This document shows, in pieces, positions 27,774-38,404 of a stretch of 44,022 nt of DNA; within the stretch, counting starts at the first letter, position 1, and the number at the start of each line of letters is the position of its first letter. This stretch comes from Patescibacteria group bacterium (GTDB taxonomy: Bacteria; Patescibacteriota; Patescibacteriia; Patescibacteriales; UBA12465). Position numbers and translations under genes: made by a program. Under the pieces are notes generated by a model. The model was given only the letters and a program-made list of their open reading frames with translations. It had not been told where the DNA came from and made no database searches. Location: contig JAIPJO010000002.1 of NCBI GenBank assembly GCA_021734135.1, positions 1 through 44,022 on the forward strand, read 5' to 3'.

Positions 27774-28352
27774 ATGAAAACAGAAGCTATGAATGTAAGT
27801 AAATTTTTTCAAGAGTTTAAAATGTTAAAAGAAGATATTGTTACTTGGTTTAAAGATCTTAGTTTATTGCATGGTAGTATAGTAAATAAAGCAAGATCTG
27901 ATTTACCCAGTGAAGCAATTGAAGTTAATTTTGTTGTTGACTATTCACTTAGTCTGCAGGAAATGATTGAAGCTTGTGATTTTGATTGGTATGACAAAGA
28001 TATCAATGAAAAAAACTTTCCTATTCCAATAGAGTTAAAAGGAAAAAGAATCTACAGAAAAGCTAAAATAATACATTTTCATGATTATTTTAGTAGCCAA
28101 GAAGCTGTATTTGAGGCAAAAAAATATTGGCCTCAATATCGTCAAGCAACATTAGCTGAGCAATTAGCTTTTGCTGAGACTTATCCGGATTTGAAAAAAT
28201 ATTTAGCTATTACCATTTTTGGTTCTATTTGGTCTTTCATTTTTTCTCGTGTACCCGTTCTTGATTTTAGTGATAATAAGCGCCGACTTATATTAGGCTG
28301 GTATAACAGAATTTGGTTAAGTAGTAATTATATCCTTATTGTCTCTAAATAG
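27774..28352 (+). CDS. Hypothetical protein resembling CPR DGR-target C-type-lectin-like proteins
   Basis: VDYSLSLQEMI...DW...INEKNFP...R.ATLAE.LAFA..YP...GS.W...RVP.L.....RRL.LGW....W.....L.V pattern. Confidence 0.65.
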   Translation: MKTEAMNVSKFFQEFKMLKEDIVTWFKDLSLLHGSIVNKARSDLPSEAIEVNFVVDYSLSLQEMIEACDFDWYDKDINEKNFPIPIELKGKRIYRKAKIIHFHDYFSSQEAVFEAKKYWPQYRQATLAEQLAFAETYPDLKKYLAITIFGSIWSFIFSRVPVLDFSDNKRRLILGWYNRIWLSSNYILIVSK

Positions 28353-28377
28353 CATTGCTATTTTTTTTAAAAATAAT

Positions 28378-28413
28378 AAATCTCGTTTTAAACTTAAGCG
28401 AGATTTTTTATTT
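28378..28413 (+). terminator. Intrinsic terminator
   Basis: AAATCTCGTTT / AAGCGAGATTT stem followed by a T-tract. Confidence 0.75.
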
Positions 28414-28426
28414 AAATTGTAAATAT

Positions 28427-28455
28427 TTGAAATATCTAAAATTAACAGGTATAAT
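28427..28455 (+). promoter_or_regulatory. sigma70 promoter for dnaX
   Basis: TTGAAA-N17-TATAAT. Confidence 0.65.
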
Positions 28456-28478
28456 AAAAATAGAAAAAATAAATAAAT

Positions 28479-30257
28479 ATGGCTACATTATCTAGAAAAT
28501 ATAGACCTAAGACTTTTAAACAAGTTATAGGTCAAAATCACATTAAAACCAGCCTGGAAAGCGAAATCATTAATAATGATTTAGCACAGGCTTATCTTTT
28601 TTGTGGGCCCAGAGCTGTTGGTAAAACAACCTTAGCTAGAATTTTAGCTAAAAGTCTAAATTGTTTAAATCGTAAAGAAGGGGAATCTGAACCTTGTAAT
28701 GAATGTAGTTCTTGTTTAAATATTAATAAAAATAAAAGTATTGAGGTAATTGAAATAGATGCTGCTAGTCATACTGGTGTAGATAACGTTAGAGAAAATA
28801 TTATTAACTCAGCTAGAGTTGCCCCTACAAATTTAAAATATAAAGTTTTTATTGTTGATGAGGTGCACATGTTATCTATTTCTGCTTTTAATGCTTTACT
28901 TAAAGTTATAGAAGAGCCACCACAACACGTTGTATTTATACTTTGCACTACTGAAGTTCACAAAATTCCTGCAACTGTTATTTCTAGGTGTGAAAGGATG
29001 GATTTTAAACGTTTAAATATAAGTGATACGGTACAAAAATTACAATCTATTGTTGATTTAGAAGAGATCAGCGTTGATAAAGGGGTATTAGAAACTATTG
29101 CTAGACATTCAGGAGGATATTTAAGAGATGCTGAAAGTCTTTTAGGGCAAGTTATATCTCTTAGTTCTGAGAAAAAAATTAGTACTGAGCAAGCTAATTT
29201 AATATTACCGCAAAGTGATATTTTACAAGCTGTTAAATATCTTAATCATATTGCTAGCTCAGAAACAGCTAAAGCAATTAGGCTCGTTAATAATTTGATT
29301 GACTCAGGTATTGATTTAAATAGTTTTTTAGCTGATATTTTACAAATACTTAGAAAATTAATTGTAGAGAAAGTAAACGCTGGTTTATCTCAAAGTTTAG
29401 GTTTAGATTTTGGTGAAAGTATAGAAAAAGAAATATTAAGCTTAAGTACAAAATTGGATATTGAAAAAATTGCTTGGTATATTGATAATTATATTAAAAC
29501 TAATGAAAGTTTAAAAAATGCACAAATAAAGCAGTTACCACTTGAACTTGTATCAGTTAAGTTGGCGGAGAATAGAAAAACATATAGTTCTGATAATTAT
29601 AAAAATAATGAAAGTGGTGGTAATAATTTTAAACAAAAAAATGAAGATTCAACTAACAGTCTTAAAAAAGATAATATAAATAATAATCAAGTAAATAATT
29701 ATAACTTTACAGAAAATAATATAAATAAAGAAAAAAAAGAAGAAGAAAAAATCAATAAAGATAAAGAAGTAGAGATAGAAAAAGAAGAAGAAAAAGAGCT
29801 AAATATTAAAGAAGATGATTTAGCTGAAAAGATAGATATAAATATTGATGATATTCAGGCTAAATGGAGAGAGTTTATTTTAAAAATAAAAAGTGAAAAT
29901 CACTCTTTAACTTTTATTTTGCAAAATTGTTGGCCAAGTGAAGTTAAAGATGGAATTATTAATTTAAAATGTAAATATAAATTTCATCAAGATAGATTAA
30001 AAGATGCTAATATTCAAGATGTAATAAATAAAAATTTATATAATATCTTTAAATTACATTTAAAGTATATAACTAATATTGATAGTAATTTAGAGGTGCC
30101 AAGATCGAGAAGTAAAAAAGAAGATAAAAGTGAAGAAAAAAATATAGATGACTCTAAAAATGAGAAAATAAAAAAAGAAAAAGCTCAAGTTGATGATGAG
30201 CAAAAAGGTGCAATTAATAATATACTTAATGCCTTTGGTGGCGAAGTTATAAGCTAA
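28479..30257 (+). CDS. dnaX: DNA polymerase III subunit gamma/tau
   Basis: RKYRP, GPRAVGKTT, Zn module, EIDAAS, DEVHMLS and SRC motifs; low-complexity linker. Confidence 0.96.
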   Translation: MATLSRKYRPKTFKQVIGQNHIKTSLESEIINNDLAQAYLFCGPRAVGKTTLARILAKSLNCLNRKEGESEPCNECSSCLNINKNKSIEVIEIDAASHTGVDNVRENIINSARVAPTNLKYKVFIVDEVHMLSISAFNALLKVIEEPPQHVVFILCTTEVHKIPATVISRCERMDFKRLNISDTVQKLQSIVDLEEISVDKGVLETIARHSGGYLRDAESLLGQVISLSSEKKISTEQANLILPQSDILQAVKYLNHIASSETAKAIRLVNNLIDSGIDLNSFLADILQILRKLIVEKVNAGLSQSLGLDFGESIEKEILSLSTKLDIEKIAWYIDNYIKTNESLKNAQIKQLPLELVSVKLAENRKTYSSDNYKNNESGGNNFKQKNEDSTNSLKKDNINNNQVNNYNFTENNINKEKKEEEKINKDKEVEIEKEEEKELNIKEDDLAEKIDINIDDIQAKWREFILKIKSENHSLTFILQNCWPSEVKDGIINLKCKYKFHQDRLKDANIQDVINKNLYNIFKLHLKYITNIDSNLEVPRSRSKKEDKSEEKNIDDSKNEKIKKEKAQVDDEQKGAINNILNAFGGEVIS

Positions 30258-30261
30258 ATAT

Positions 30262-31512
30262 ATGTTAGATATTAAAAGAATAATAAATAATAAAAAAGAG
30301 GTGGAGGAAGCTCTTTTAAAGAGAATACCTAAAGATAATTTTGATTTAGATTATATTATTTCTTTGGAAGAAAAAAGAAAAAATATAACTACTGAACTTG
30401 AAAAACTACAAGCACAAAAAAATGAGTTTTCTAAAACTAAACCTGATAGTGAAACTATAGAAAAAATTAAAGATTTATCTAAAAATATAAAAGATAAAGA
30501 AGATGATTTAAAAGAAATTAAATTAGAAATAAAAGAAAAATTATCATCTTTGCCTAATACAGTTAGTGCTGATGTCAAAGCTGGAGATAAAGAGAATAAT
30601 GAAGTAATATATACTTATTCAGATAAGCCTAAATTTGATTTTAAAGTTCTTGATCATGTTAGTTTGGCAGAGAATTTAGAGGTAATTGATTATAAAAGAG
30701 CGAGTAAGATGTCAGGTAATGGTTTTTGGATATATAAAGATAAGGGTGCTTGGTTGGAATGGGCCTTATATAACTATTTTCTAGAATATCATAGAGAGAA
30801 TGGTTATGAGTTTTTTATAATGCCTGAACTTTTAAATAGAGATTCTGCTTATGCTTCTGGTCATTTACCTAAATTTGAAGAAGATCTTTTTTGGACTGAG
30901 GATTCAAAACTTTGCCTTAATGCTACTGCAGAAATGATGTTAACAAACTATCATAGAGAGGAAATTTTAGATGATAGTGAATTACCTAAAAGGTATTTTT
31001 CTTTAGCTACTTCTTTTAGAAGAGAGGCTGGAAGTTACAGAAAAGATGAAAGAGGTATGATTAGAGGACATCAGTTTAATAAAGTAGAAATGTTTCATTT
31101 TACTAAACCTGAAAATTCTTGGCAGGCATTTGAAAAAATAAATCAAGAAGTTATTGATTTAATGAAAGGGTTTGATTTGCATTTTCAAGTTAGTAAATTA
31201 GCTGCTAAAGATTGTTCAGCAGCTATGGCTAAAACTGTAGATGTAGAGGTTTGGATACCTAGTATGAATATATATAAAGAGGTAAGCAGTATTTCTAATG
31301 CCACTGATTATCAAGCTAGAAGGGCTAATATAAGATATAAGGATCAGGAAACAAAAAAGAATGTTTTTGTTCATACCTTAAATGCTTCAGGTTTAGCTAC
31401 TAGTAGAATTATACCAGCTATTTTAGAACAAAATCAGAATGCAGACGGGAGTGTTAATGTGCCTAAAATACTACATAAGTATTTACCTGAAAAATATCAT
31501 ATCTTAAAGTAA
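30262..31512 (+). CDS. serS: Serine--tRNA ligase
   Basis: MLDIK, ATAE, FRREAGS, RGHQFNKVE, EVSS.SN.TDYQARR and HTLNASGLA motifs. Confidence 0.96.
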   Translation: MLDIKRIINNKKEVEEALLKRIPKDNFDLDYIISLEEKRKNITTELEKLQAQKNEFSKTKPDSETIEKIKDLSKNIKDKEDDLKEIKLEIKEKLSSLPNTVSADVKAGDKENNEVIYTYSDKPKFDFKVLDHVSLAENLEVIDYKRASKMSGNGFWIYKDKGAWLEWALYNYFLEYHRENGYEFFIMPELLNRDSAYASGHLPKFEEDLFWTEDSKLCLNATAEMMLTNYHREEILDDSELPKRYFSLATSFRREAGSYRKDERGMIRGHQFNKVEMFHFTKPENSWQAFEKINQEVIDLMKGFDLHFQVSKLAAKDCSAAMAKTVDVEVWIPSMNIYKEVSSISNATDYQARRANIRYKDQETKKNVFVHTLNASGLATSRIIPAILEQNQNADGSVNVPKILHKYLPEKYHILK

Positions 31513-31522
31513 TTATATAACC

Positions 31523-33562
31523 ATGAAGACAAGCTTTATACAATTATGCTTAATATTTGTTCTAGGCTTGTCTTTTTTGTTGTCTATAAATCAGAGTTCA
31601 GAAGTAATTGCACAAACAGATTATCCTCGTTTAGTGAATTATTATTTAGAGTGGTCTATTAGTGATAGTGAAGCTGTAGATTTAGCTAAATGGGATATGT
31701 TAATTTTAGATATGGAAGTACAAGAAAACAGTCCAGAGGCAATAAGAAAAATTAGAAACTATAATCCTGATATTAAAATATTAGCCTATATTACTTCACA
31801 GGAAATTATTGATTATAGTCAACAGTCGTTTCAGACAAATGCTAGCTTAAGAGCTAAATTATATAATCAAATTCATGACTCTTGGTGGCTAAAAGATTAT
31901 CAGGGTAATAAGATTAGTTTTTGGCAGGGAACTAAGATGTTAAATATGAGTTCTGGTTCTGGTATTTCTAGCAATAATGAAAAATGGAATGAATTTTTAC
32001 CAAGATTTGTTGATAAAGAAATACTTAGTACAGGACTTTGGGATGGAGTTTTCTATGACAATATTTGGGGTGATATTTCCTGGCTTAATTCTGCAAATAT
32101 TGATATTGATAACAATAAACAAAGAACCAGTAATAAGTATATGGATAGTGCTTGGAATAAAGGAACAGAGAAAATGTTACGTATTAGTAGAGATTTAAAC
32201 CCTGAAGCTATTATAATGGGAAATGGTAGAGTGTTTTTTGAATATCAAAATTATTTAAATGGTATGATGTTAGAAGATTTTCCTTCAAGTTGGGAAAATG
32301 GTGGAAATTGGTCAGGTTCTATGAAAACTTATATGAATTTAAAAAAATATAATACTAACCCACAGACATCGGTCATACTTGCTTTTAAAGATCAAAATAA
32401 ACCTTATCAAAAAATGCGCTATAGCTTAACATCAACCTTAATGGAAAATGGTTATTTTGGTTATAATCAGAGCGTCTATAAACAAGGAGAGCTTTGGTTC
32501 TATGACGAATATAAGTTTTCCCTTGGTCAAGCGCAAAGTCAAGCTAATAATTTATTATCTTCAAGTTCACAGATGCAATCAGGATTATGGCGCAGGAATT
32601 TTGAAAAAGGGATAGCAGTGTTAAATTCTAGTTCAGAAAAAAAATCATATTTTTTTGATAAAGAAGAGTTTGAAAAATTAAAAGGGGAGCAAGCTCCAGA
32701 TATTAATAATGGTACTATTGTTAATTATGTTAATTTAGAGCCTAAAGACGGAGTAATTTTAAAGAAAAGACAAACAGAAATAAAAAATGCAGTTTTTGAT
32801 AATGGTGCTTATGTTAGAGTTTTCAATAAAGATGGCAAACAAGTCAGTAATGGTTTTTTTGCCTATAAGGATGCTTATCCTGGAAAAAGTCAGATAATAG
32901 TTAGTGATATTGATAATGATAGTATAAATGAAACTCTTGTTAATTATGATGGTGTTATTAATATATATAAGAATGGAAGAGTGTATAAAGAATTTGAACC
33001 TTATGATAACAAATTTCAAGGTGAAATATCAGTAGCTATAGCTGATCTTGATGGTGATGGTACTAAGGAAATAATTACAGGTGCTGGTCCAGGCGGTGGT
33101 CCGCATGTTAGAGTTTTTTCAAAAGATGGAGTACCTCTAATTGGTGGTTTCTTTGCCTACGAAACTAATTTTAGAGGAGGTGTAAATGTAGCTGTACTTG
33201 ATTTAAACAGTGATGGTACTAAGGAAATAATTACAGGTGCTGGTCCAGGCGGTGGTCCGCATGTTAGAGTTTTTTCAAAAGATGGAGTACCTCTAATTGG
33301 TGGTTTTTTTGCTTTTGATCGTGAGTTTAAAGGTGGTATTAGTCTTAGCGTTGGTGATGTTAATGGTGATGGAAAAGGTGAAATAATAAGTACTGCTGGA
33401 CTTGGAGGAAGCCCACGTGTTAAGATATTCAATAGAGATGGTAAACTTCTTGATAGTTTTTTAGCTTATGAGGCTAGTTATAATGAGGGTATAAAAGTTA
33501 TCACTTTAGATATAAATGGTGATGGGATTAAAGAAATTCTCACACAAACATTTAATTTTTAA
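31523..33562 (+). CDS. Secreted putative glycoside hydrolase (TIM-barrel) with C-terminal FG-GAP/VCBS repeats
   Basis: Signal peptide; WDGVFYDN, NGMMLEDFP, WFYDEY and WRRNFEKG motifs; repeated DLDGDG.KEIITGAGPGGGPHVRVF. Confidence 0.7.
   Translation: MKTSFIQLCLIFVLGLSFLLSINQSSEVIAQTDYPRLVNYYLEWSISDSEAVDLAKWDMLILDMEVQENSPEAIRKIRNYNPDIKILAYITSQEIIDYSQQSFQTNASLRAKLYNQIHDSWWLKDYQGNKISFWQGTKMLNMSSGSGISSNNEKWNEFLPRFVDKEILSTGLWDGVFYDNIWGDISWLNSANIDIDNNKQRTSNKYMDSAWNKGTEKMLRISRDLNPEAIIMGNGRVFFEYQNYLNGMMLEDFPSSWENGGNWSGSMKTYMNLKKYNTNPQTSVILAFKDQNKPYQKMRYSLTSTLMENGYFGYNQSVYKQGELWFYDEYKFSLGQAQSQANNLLSSSSQMQSGLWRRNFEKGIAVLNSSSEKKSYFFDKEEFEKLKGEQAPDINNGTIVNYVNLEPKDGVILKKRQTEIKNAVFDNGAYVRVFNKDGKQVSNGFFAYKDAYPGKSQIIVSDIDNDSINETLVNYDGVINIYKNGRVYKEFEPYDNKFQGEISVAIADLDGDGTKEIITGAGPGGGPHVRVFSKDGVPLIGGFFAYETNFRGGVNVAVLDLNSDGTKEIITGAGPGGGPHVRVFSKDGVPLIGGFFAFDREFKGGISLSVGDVNGDGKGEIISTAGLGGSPRVKIFNRDGKLLDSFLAYEASYNEGIKVITLDINGDGIKEILTQTFNF
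33054..33306 (+). repeat. Perfect 97-bp direct repeat (33054-33150 and 33210-33306)
   Basis: Base-by-base identity with period 156 bp (52 aa). Confidence 0.95.
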
Positions 33563-33563
33563 T

Positions 33564-35432
33564 ATGACTAAAAAAAAGAAAACAAATAAAGAGGTATATA
33601 GTCGTGAAGATGGCAATCTTTCTGTTTTAGATAATAAGAATAAACAAACAAATCTTGAAACTCAATCTGATAATAAAAATGCTACACAAAGAAATGGTTT
33701 AAGTTTAACCAAAGATGGCTTAAATATGGGTTATGGCTCTAACTTACTTATTGGTAATTTAAGTATTAATTCAAATTTTAAAAAAAGACACGAAAAACAT
33801 TATAAAAATAGCAAATTTCATCTTTGGGCTGATTTAATCATGGCAGGAATCATTATTGTTTTATTAATCATCATTTTATGGCTTAGTTTTTGGCAACCGC
33901 ATGCACAAATAAGCTTAGAAGCTGGTTCTAATCATGAAATAATAAAAAGCGCTGATTTACAAACATTTAATTTAAAATATAAAATTAATACATCTAGTAG
34001 AGATAATACCATTGCAGTTAATTTACCAGATAATTTTGAATTTGTTAGTGCTGTGCCTAGTGATAAATATAAGCAAGATAAAAATACTTTTGAATTAGGT
34101 AAAATGAGTTCAGGGTCTAATGGTGAAGTAAAAATTGCTGGTTATGTTTATGGAAATATTGGTAAGCAACAAGCTATATCTTTTAATTATAATTGTAGCA
34201 ACTGTGGTAAAAGTGGTGTTTTAAGTTCTTATCTTTTTAATATCGAAGACTCCTCTTTAGATGTTGAAGTTTTAGCACCTGATAAAATATATAAAGATAT
34301 TGAAAATAAATTTAATATTAATATTGTAAATACAAGTCCAAAAGATATAAAAAATATATATTTAAAAGTTTCTGATATTTGGCTTTTAAGTTCTAATGAT
34401 AATATAGAAAATAATAGAATAATAATTGATAAAATTAATTCTGGTGAAGAAAAAAATATAGAATTTAAATTAATTAGCCCTAGTAATATTAAAAATGACA
34501 CTATAAAGATAGAAACATATTTAATTAAAGAAGGGAAAGATCTCTTACAAAATACTTGGCAAAAACAAATAAAAATTCTTGACCCAGAATTAAAAGCAGA
34601 GCTTACTTACTTAAATAATATTGATAATACTATTAGCTTTAATTTAGATTTTAAAAATAACTCAGATAATGTTTTATCTGATATTAGTTTTAGAATAGAT
34701 GCAGATGATAATATTGTTTTAGATAATCTAAGTTTAAATCAGTTAATTAATAATGTGGAAATAATAGATAATATTTTTAGATTTAATAAAAATCTTAAGT
34801 CTCAAGAATCTGTTCATCTTAGTTTAAAAATAGATGCTAAACAAATTAAAGATCAAATTAATCCTGAATTTGAGCTAAATATTAACCCTTCTTATTTATC
34901 CAATCAAAAGCGTTTTATTTATCAAGTTAGTTCAAAACCTATTAAACTCTTAAGTAATCTTAAAGCTGAAGTTAAGGCCTATTATTATAGTCCACAAGGA
35001 GATCAGTTGGGTATAGGGCCTCTACCACCTGTAGAAGGATTACCAACTACATATTGGATATTTTTTGATGCTAGTAATTTTGGTAATGCTTTAAGTGATT
35101 TTAGTTTAAGCGGAAAACTTGCAAAAAATGTTAGATGGGTAAATAAAAAAAGTGTTATAAATGGTAGTATTTATCAAGCCCCAGGTTCAAATAAAGTAAC
35201 CTGGCAAATAAGAAATATTAATAATAAATCTCTTGATAATAAGGCTCGTTTTGCTTTAACTTTAACACCAGATATAAGTCAGGTTAATACTATTCCTACT
35301 TTATTTTATGATATCACAGTAAATGCAGTAGATAATTTTACACAAAAAAATATTAATTTTAAACTTCAAGATATTAATGCAGAATTAACTCATGACCCCT
35401 TAGCTTCAGGTCAGGGAAAAGTTGAAAATTAA
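33564..35432 (+). CDS. Membrane-anchored multi-Ig-like (DUF11/CARDB-like) surface protein
   Basis: Single TM near aa 90-110; beta-rich repeats; C-terminal GPLPP..G..TTYWI; ATG 33564. Confidence 0.7.
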   Translation: MTKKKKTNKEVYSREDGNLSVLDNKNKQTNLETQSDNKNATQRNGLSLTKDGLNMGYGSNLLIGNLSINSNFKKRHEKHYKNSKFHLWADLIMAGIIIVLLIIILWLSFWQPHAQISLEAGSNHEIIKSADLQTFNLKYKINTSSRDNTIAVNLPDNFEFVSAVPSDKYKQDKNTFELGKMSSGSNGEVKIAGYVYGNIGKQQAISFNYNCSNCGKSGVLSSYLFNIEDSSLDVEVLAPDKIYKDIENKFNINIVNTSPKDIKNIYLKVSDIWLLSSNDNIENNRIIIDKINSGEEKNIEFKLISPSNIKNDTIKIETYLIKEGKDLLQNTWQKQIKILDPELKAELTYLNNIDNTISFNLDFKNNSDNVLSDISFRIDADDNIVLDNLSLNQLINNVEIIDNIFRFNKNLKSQESVHLSLKIDAKQIKDQINPEFELNINPSYLSNQKRFIYQVSSKPIKLLSNLKAEVKAYYYSPQGDQLGIGPLPPVEGLPTTYWIFFDASNFGNALSDFSLSGKLAKNVRWVNKKSVINGSIYQAPGSNKVTWQIRNINNKSLDNKARFALTLTPDISQVNTIPTLFYDITVNAVDNFTQKNINFKLQDINAELTHDPLASGQGKVEN

Positions 35433-35446
35433 TAAATATATATACT

Positions 35447-36592
35447 ATGATAATAGATAGCCTAAAAGCATATAGAAAACCAAAATATGATACTTTAAAT
35501 ATTATTAAAATACAGAAAAATAATCTTTTACATAATCTTAAAGTACTACAAGAGGAAAGACCTCAATCTCAAATTATTCCAGTTTTAAAAGCTAACGCTT
35601 ATGGTCATGGATTAAAAGAAATTTGTCAGATATTAAAAGGTAAAGTTAAAATGGTGGCAGTAGATTCTTTTCCAGAGGCGCAGGTTGCTTATAAATATTT
35701 TAAGGGAGATGTTTTAATAATTGGTGAGATGCCGCTTAAAGCATATGCTTATACTAAATTATCTAAAACTGAATTTTGTATATATAATTACAAAACACTG
35801 CGACATATAGCTACTAAATTTGGGAAAAAAGCTAAAATTCATTTGTTCGTTAATACAGGCATGAATAGAGAAGGTATTAAAGATTTAACTAAATTTATTA
35901 AAGATAATTCTTTTTATTTAAATAAAGTGCAAGTTACTGGTTTAGCCTCTCATTTAGCTTCAGCAGAAACACTATCTAATTTTAATGATACTCAAGAAGA
36001 TAACTTTGCTAAGGCACTAGAGATCATGCAAAAAAATGGCTATAAAGACCTTAAAACGCATTTAGGCAATAGTGCGGGTGTTTTTACTTTAAAAGGTGAA
36101 TATAGCGCCTATAGAGCTGGTATAGGCTTTTATGGCTATAATAATATTGACTTAGATCACGAAAAATATAAGATTGCAAAAAAATTAAAACCTGCTTTAA
36201 GAGTGTATTCACAAATTGTTTCTTTGCAAAAAATTAAAGCTCAAGAAATAGTTTCCTATAATGAAAATTTTAGTGCACAAAAAGATACTACCATTGCCAC
36301 TGTTCCTTTTGGATATAGTGAAGGACTCCCTAGGCATTTATCTAATCAAGGTAAAATAAAAGTAATAACTAAAGATAAAACTTTTTTTACTCAAATTAGT
36401 GGTAATGTTTGTATGAATTTAACTTGTCTTGATTTAGATACCAATAATGCACAAATAGGTGATAAGGTGCAAATTGTTTCTTCACTAAATTCTGATGATA
36501 ATTCTTTTGTAAATATAAGTAAGTTAGCTGATACTATTATTTATGAGCCACTCATTAGATTAGCAGCTAATATAAGAAGAGAAATTATATGA
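35447..36592 (+). CDS. alr: Alanine racemase
   Basis: VLKANAYGHG (PLP lysine), NTGMNREG, HLGNSAG, VSY and GNVCMN motifs. Confidence 0.93.
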   Translation: MIIDSLKAYRKPKYDTLNIIKIQKNNLLHNLKVLQEERPQSQIIPVLKANAYGHGLKEICQILKGKVKMVAVDSFPEAQVAYKYFKGDVLIIGEMPLKAYAYTKLSKTEFCIYNYKTLRHIATKFGKKAKIHLFVNTGMNREGIKDLTKFIKDNSFYLNKVQVTGLASHLASAETLSNFNDTQEDNFAKALEIMQKNGYKDLKTHLGNSAGVFTLKGEYSAYRAGIGFYGYNNIDLDHEKYKIAKKLKPALRVYSQIVSLQKIKAQEIVSYNENFSAQKDTTIATVPFGYSEGLPRHLSNQGKIKVITKDKTFFTQISGNVCMNLTCLDLDTNNAQIGDKVQIVSSLNSDDNSFVNISKLADTIIYEPLIRLAANIRREII

Positions 36593-37521
36593 AAAATAAA
36601 GTAAAAATTGCTATATTATTAGGCGGAACATCTTCTGAGAGAGAAGTGTCTTTAAATACAGGTAATGAAATTTTTAAAGCCTTAAAGCAGGCGGGATATT
36701 CTGTTATAAAATATGATCCTAAAACTGATTTAGAAAAGTTTAGCGTTGATTTTAAAAATGATAAGTTCGATCTTTGTATACCCGCTTTGCATGGTAAAGA
36801 TGGGGAAGATGGCAGTATTCAGGGCTATTTGGAGTTATTTAATATTCCTTATTGCTTTTCAAATGTAGAGGCTAGTGCTGTAGCCATGAATAAAAATTTG
36901 AGTAAAACTTTAGTTAAAGAGCAAGGAATTAAGGTTATTGATTCAAGTTTAATTACTAAAATTGAAGATATTAATGATTTAAATATTGATTATCCACTTA
37001 TTGCCAAACCAAATCAAGGTGGTTCTTCAGTAAATATTAATATATGTAATAATTATGAAGAACTTGAAAAGGCAGTAAATATTATTTTAAATAATAGAGA
37101 AGAGGTGCTTGTTGAAAAATATTTATCAGGACTTAGAGAATTGACAGTTTCTGTTATTGAAAATAATAATAAAGTCTTGAGTTTACCAGTAATGGAGATT
37201 ATTGCTAATAAAGAGGTTTTCTATGATTATGATTCTAAATATAGCCAAGGAGGTAGTACTCATATTTGTCCAGCAAAAATAGATAAAGAGATATATAGTT
37301 TAGCTCAGAAATGGTCAGAGTTAGTTTTTAAAACTATTGGCGCTAAAGATTTAGCTCGTATTGATTTTCTCTATGATGATAAAAGTAATAAATTGTATTT
37401 TTTAGAAATAAACACTATACCAGGTATGACAAAAACTAGTTTAATGCCTGAAGCAGCTAAAAAACAAGGTTATCAGTTTATTGATTTATTAGAGTTAATT
37501 ATAAGCAATCACATAAAATAA
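36589..37521 (+). CDS. ddl: D-alanine--D-alanine ligase
   Basis: GG.SSEREVS, LHGKDGEDG, FYDYDSKY and LEINTIPGMT motifs. Confidence 0.96.
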   Translation: MKNKVKIAILLGGTSSEREVSLNTGNEIFKALKQAGYSVIKYDPKTDLEKFSVDFKNDKFDLCIPALHGKDGEDGSIQGYLELFNIPYCFSNVEASAVAMNKNLSKTLVKEQGIKVIDSSLITKIEDINDLNIDYPLIAKPNQGGSSVNINICNNYEELEKAVNIILNNREEVLVEKYLSGLRELTVSVIENNNKVLSLPVMEIIANKEVFYDYDSKYSQGGSTHICPAKIDKEIYSLAQKWSELVFKTIGAKDLARIDFLYDDKSNKLYFLEINTIPGMTKTSLMPEAAKKQGYQFIDLLELIISNHIK

Positions 37522-37526
37522 CTATT

Positions 37527-38378
37527 ATGTCAACAGTACTAAAGAAAAGAAGACAGAGGGATTATCAAAATAAAAAATTCACAAACCCTTTCTTTAAAGA
37601 TAAAAGAAATAAAAAGGGAAGACAGGGAACTTCAAAGAAGTCAATCTTATTTATTTTAATTATTATATTAATATTAGGTTTTGCTTTTTGGTTTTTTTAT
37701 ATTGCAAATACTTTTAAAATAAAAGAAATAAAAATTAATGGATTAGAAAGAGTTAGCGAAGAAAAAGTAATAAATAATATTTCTGAAATTACTAATAAAA
37801 CAAAATTTTTTCTAAAACAAGATAATCTATTCCTTGTAAATACTAATGAAATAAGTAATATTTTAAAAACTAATTACAATTTTGCTCAGGTTGATGTTAA
37901 TAAAGAATTATCAGGTAAATTAATTATAGATATTAGCGAGAGACAATATGAGGCGATTTTCTTAGAAGATGGTAATTATTACTACATAGATAAAGAAGGT
38001 TATATAATAGATAAAATTAATGAATTAGAGGATGTAAATCCTAAAAAGTATGCTATAATTAATAATGAAAGTAATGATAAAATAAAAGAAAATAAAGTTA
38101 ATATTGATTTAGATTACTTGGTATTTATTAATAACTTCTACGATGAATTTAAACAAAGTTTAAATGATCTAGAAATTGAGAAATTTATTGTAAAGAATAG
38201 AAATTCTGGTTTAAGTGCTCAAATTATTAATGGTCCTATACTTTATTTAAATATTGATAATGATAGTAGTGCTCAAGTTCGTAATTTAAAAATATTAAGA
38301 GAAAACAATTTGAATGAAGAATTTTTAAAAAGATCTTATATAGATCTAAGGTATGGTGATAGATTATTTTTAGATTAA
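37527..38378 (+). CDS. ftsQ: Cell division protein FtsQ/DivIB
   Basis: Basic N-terminus, single TM, POTRA-like region, C-terminal YIDLRYGDR; follows ddl. Confidence 0.85.
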   Translation: MSTVLKKRRQRDYQNKKFTNPFFKDKRNKKGRQGTSKKSILFILIIILILGFAFWFFYIANTFKIKEIKINGLERVSEEKVINNISEITNKTKFFLKQDNLFLVNTNEISNILKTNYNFAQVDVNKELSGKLIIDISERQYEAIFLEDGNYYYIDKEGYIIDKINELEDVNPKKYAIINNESNDKIKENKVNIDLDYLVFINNFYDEFKQSLNDLEIEKFIVKNRNSGLSAQIINGPILYLNIDNDSSAQVRNLKILRENNLNEEFLKRSYIDLRYGDRLFLD

Positions 38379-38404
38379 TTTTTATTATAAAATTTATATT
38401 ATAT

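Noticed and set aside
29729..29740. A-run in dnaX as a programmed frameshift site
   Set aside because: A-runs are ubiquitous in this AT-rich DNA and no stimulatory hairpin or SD is visible
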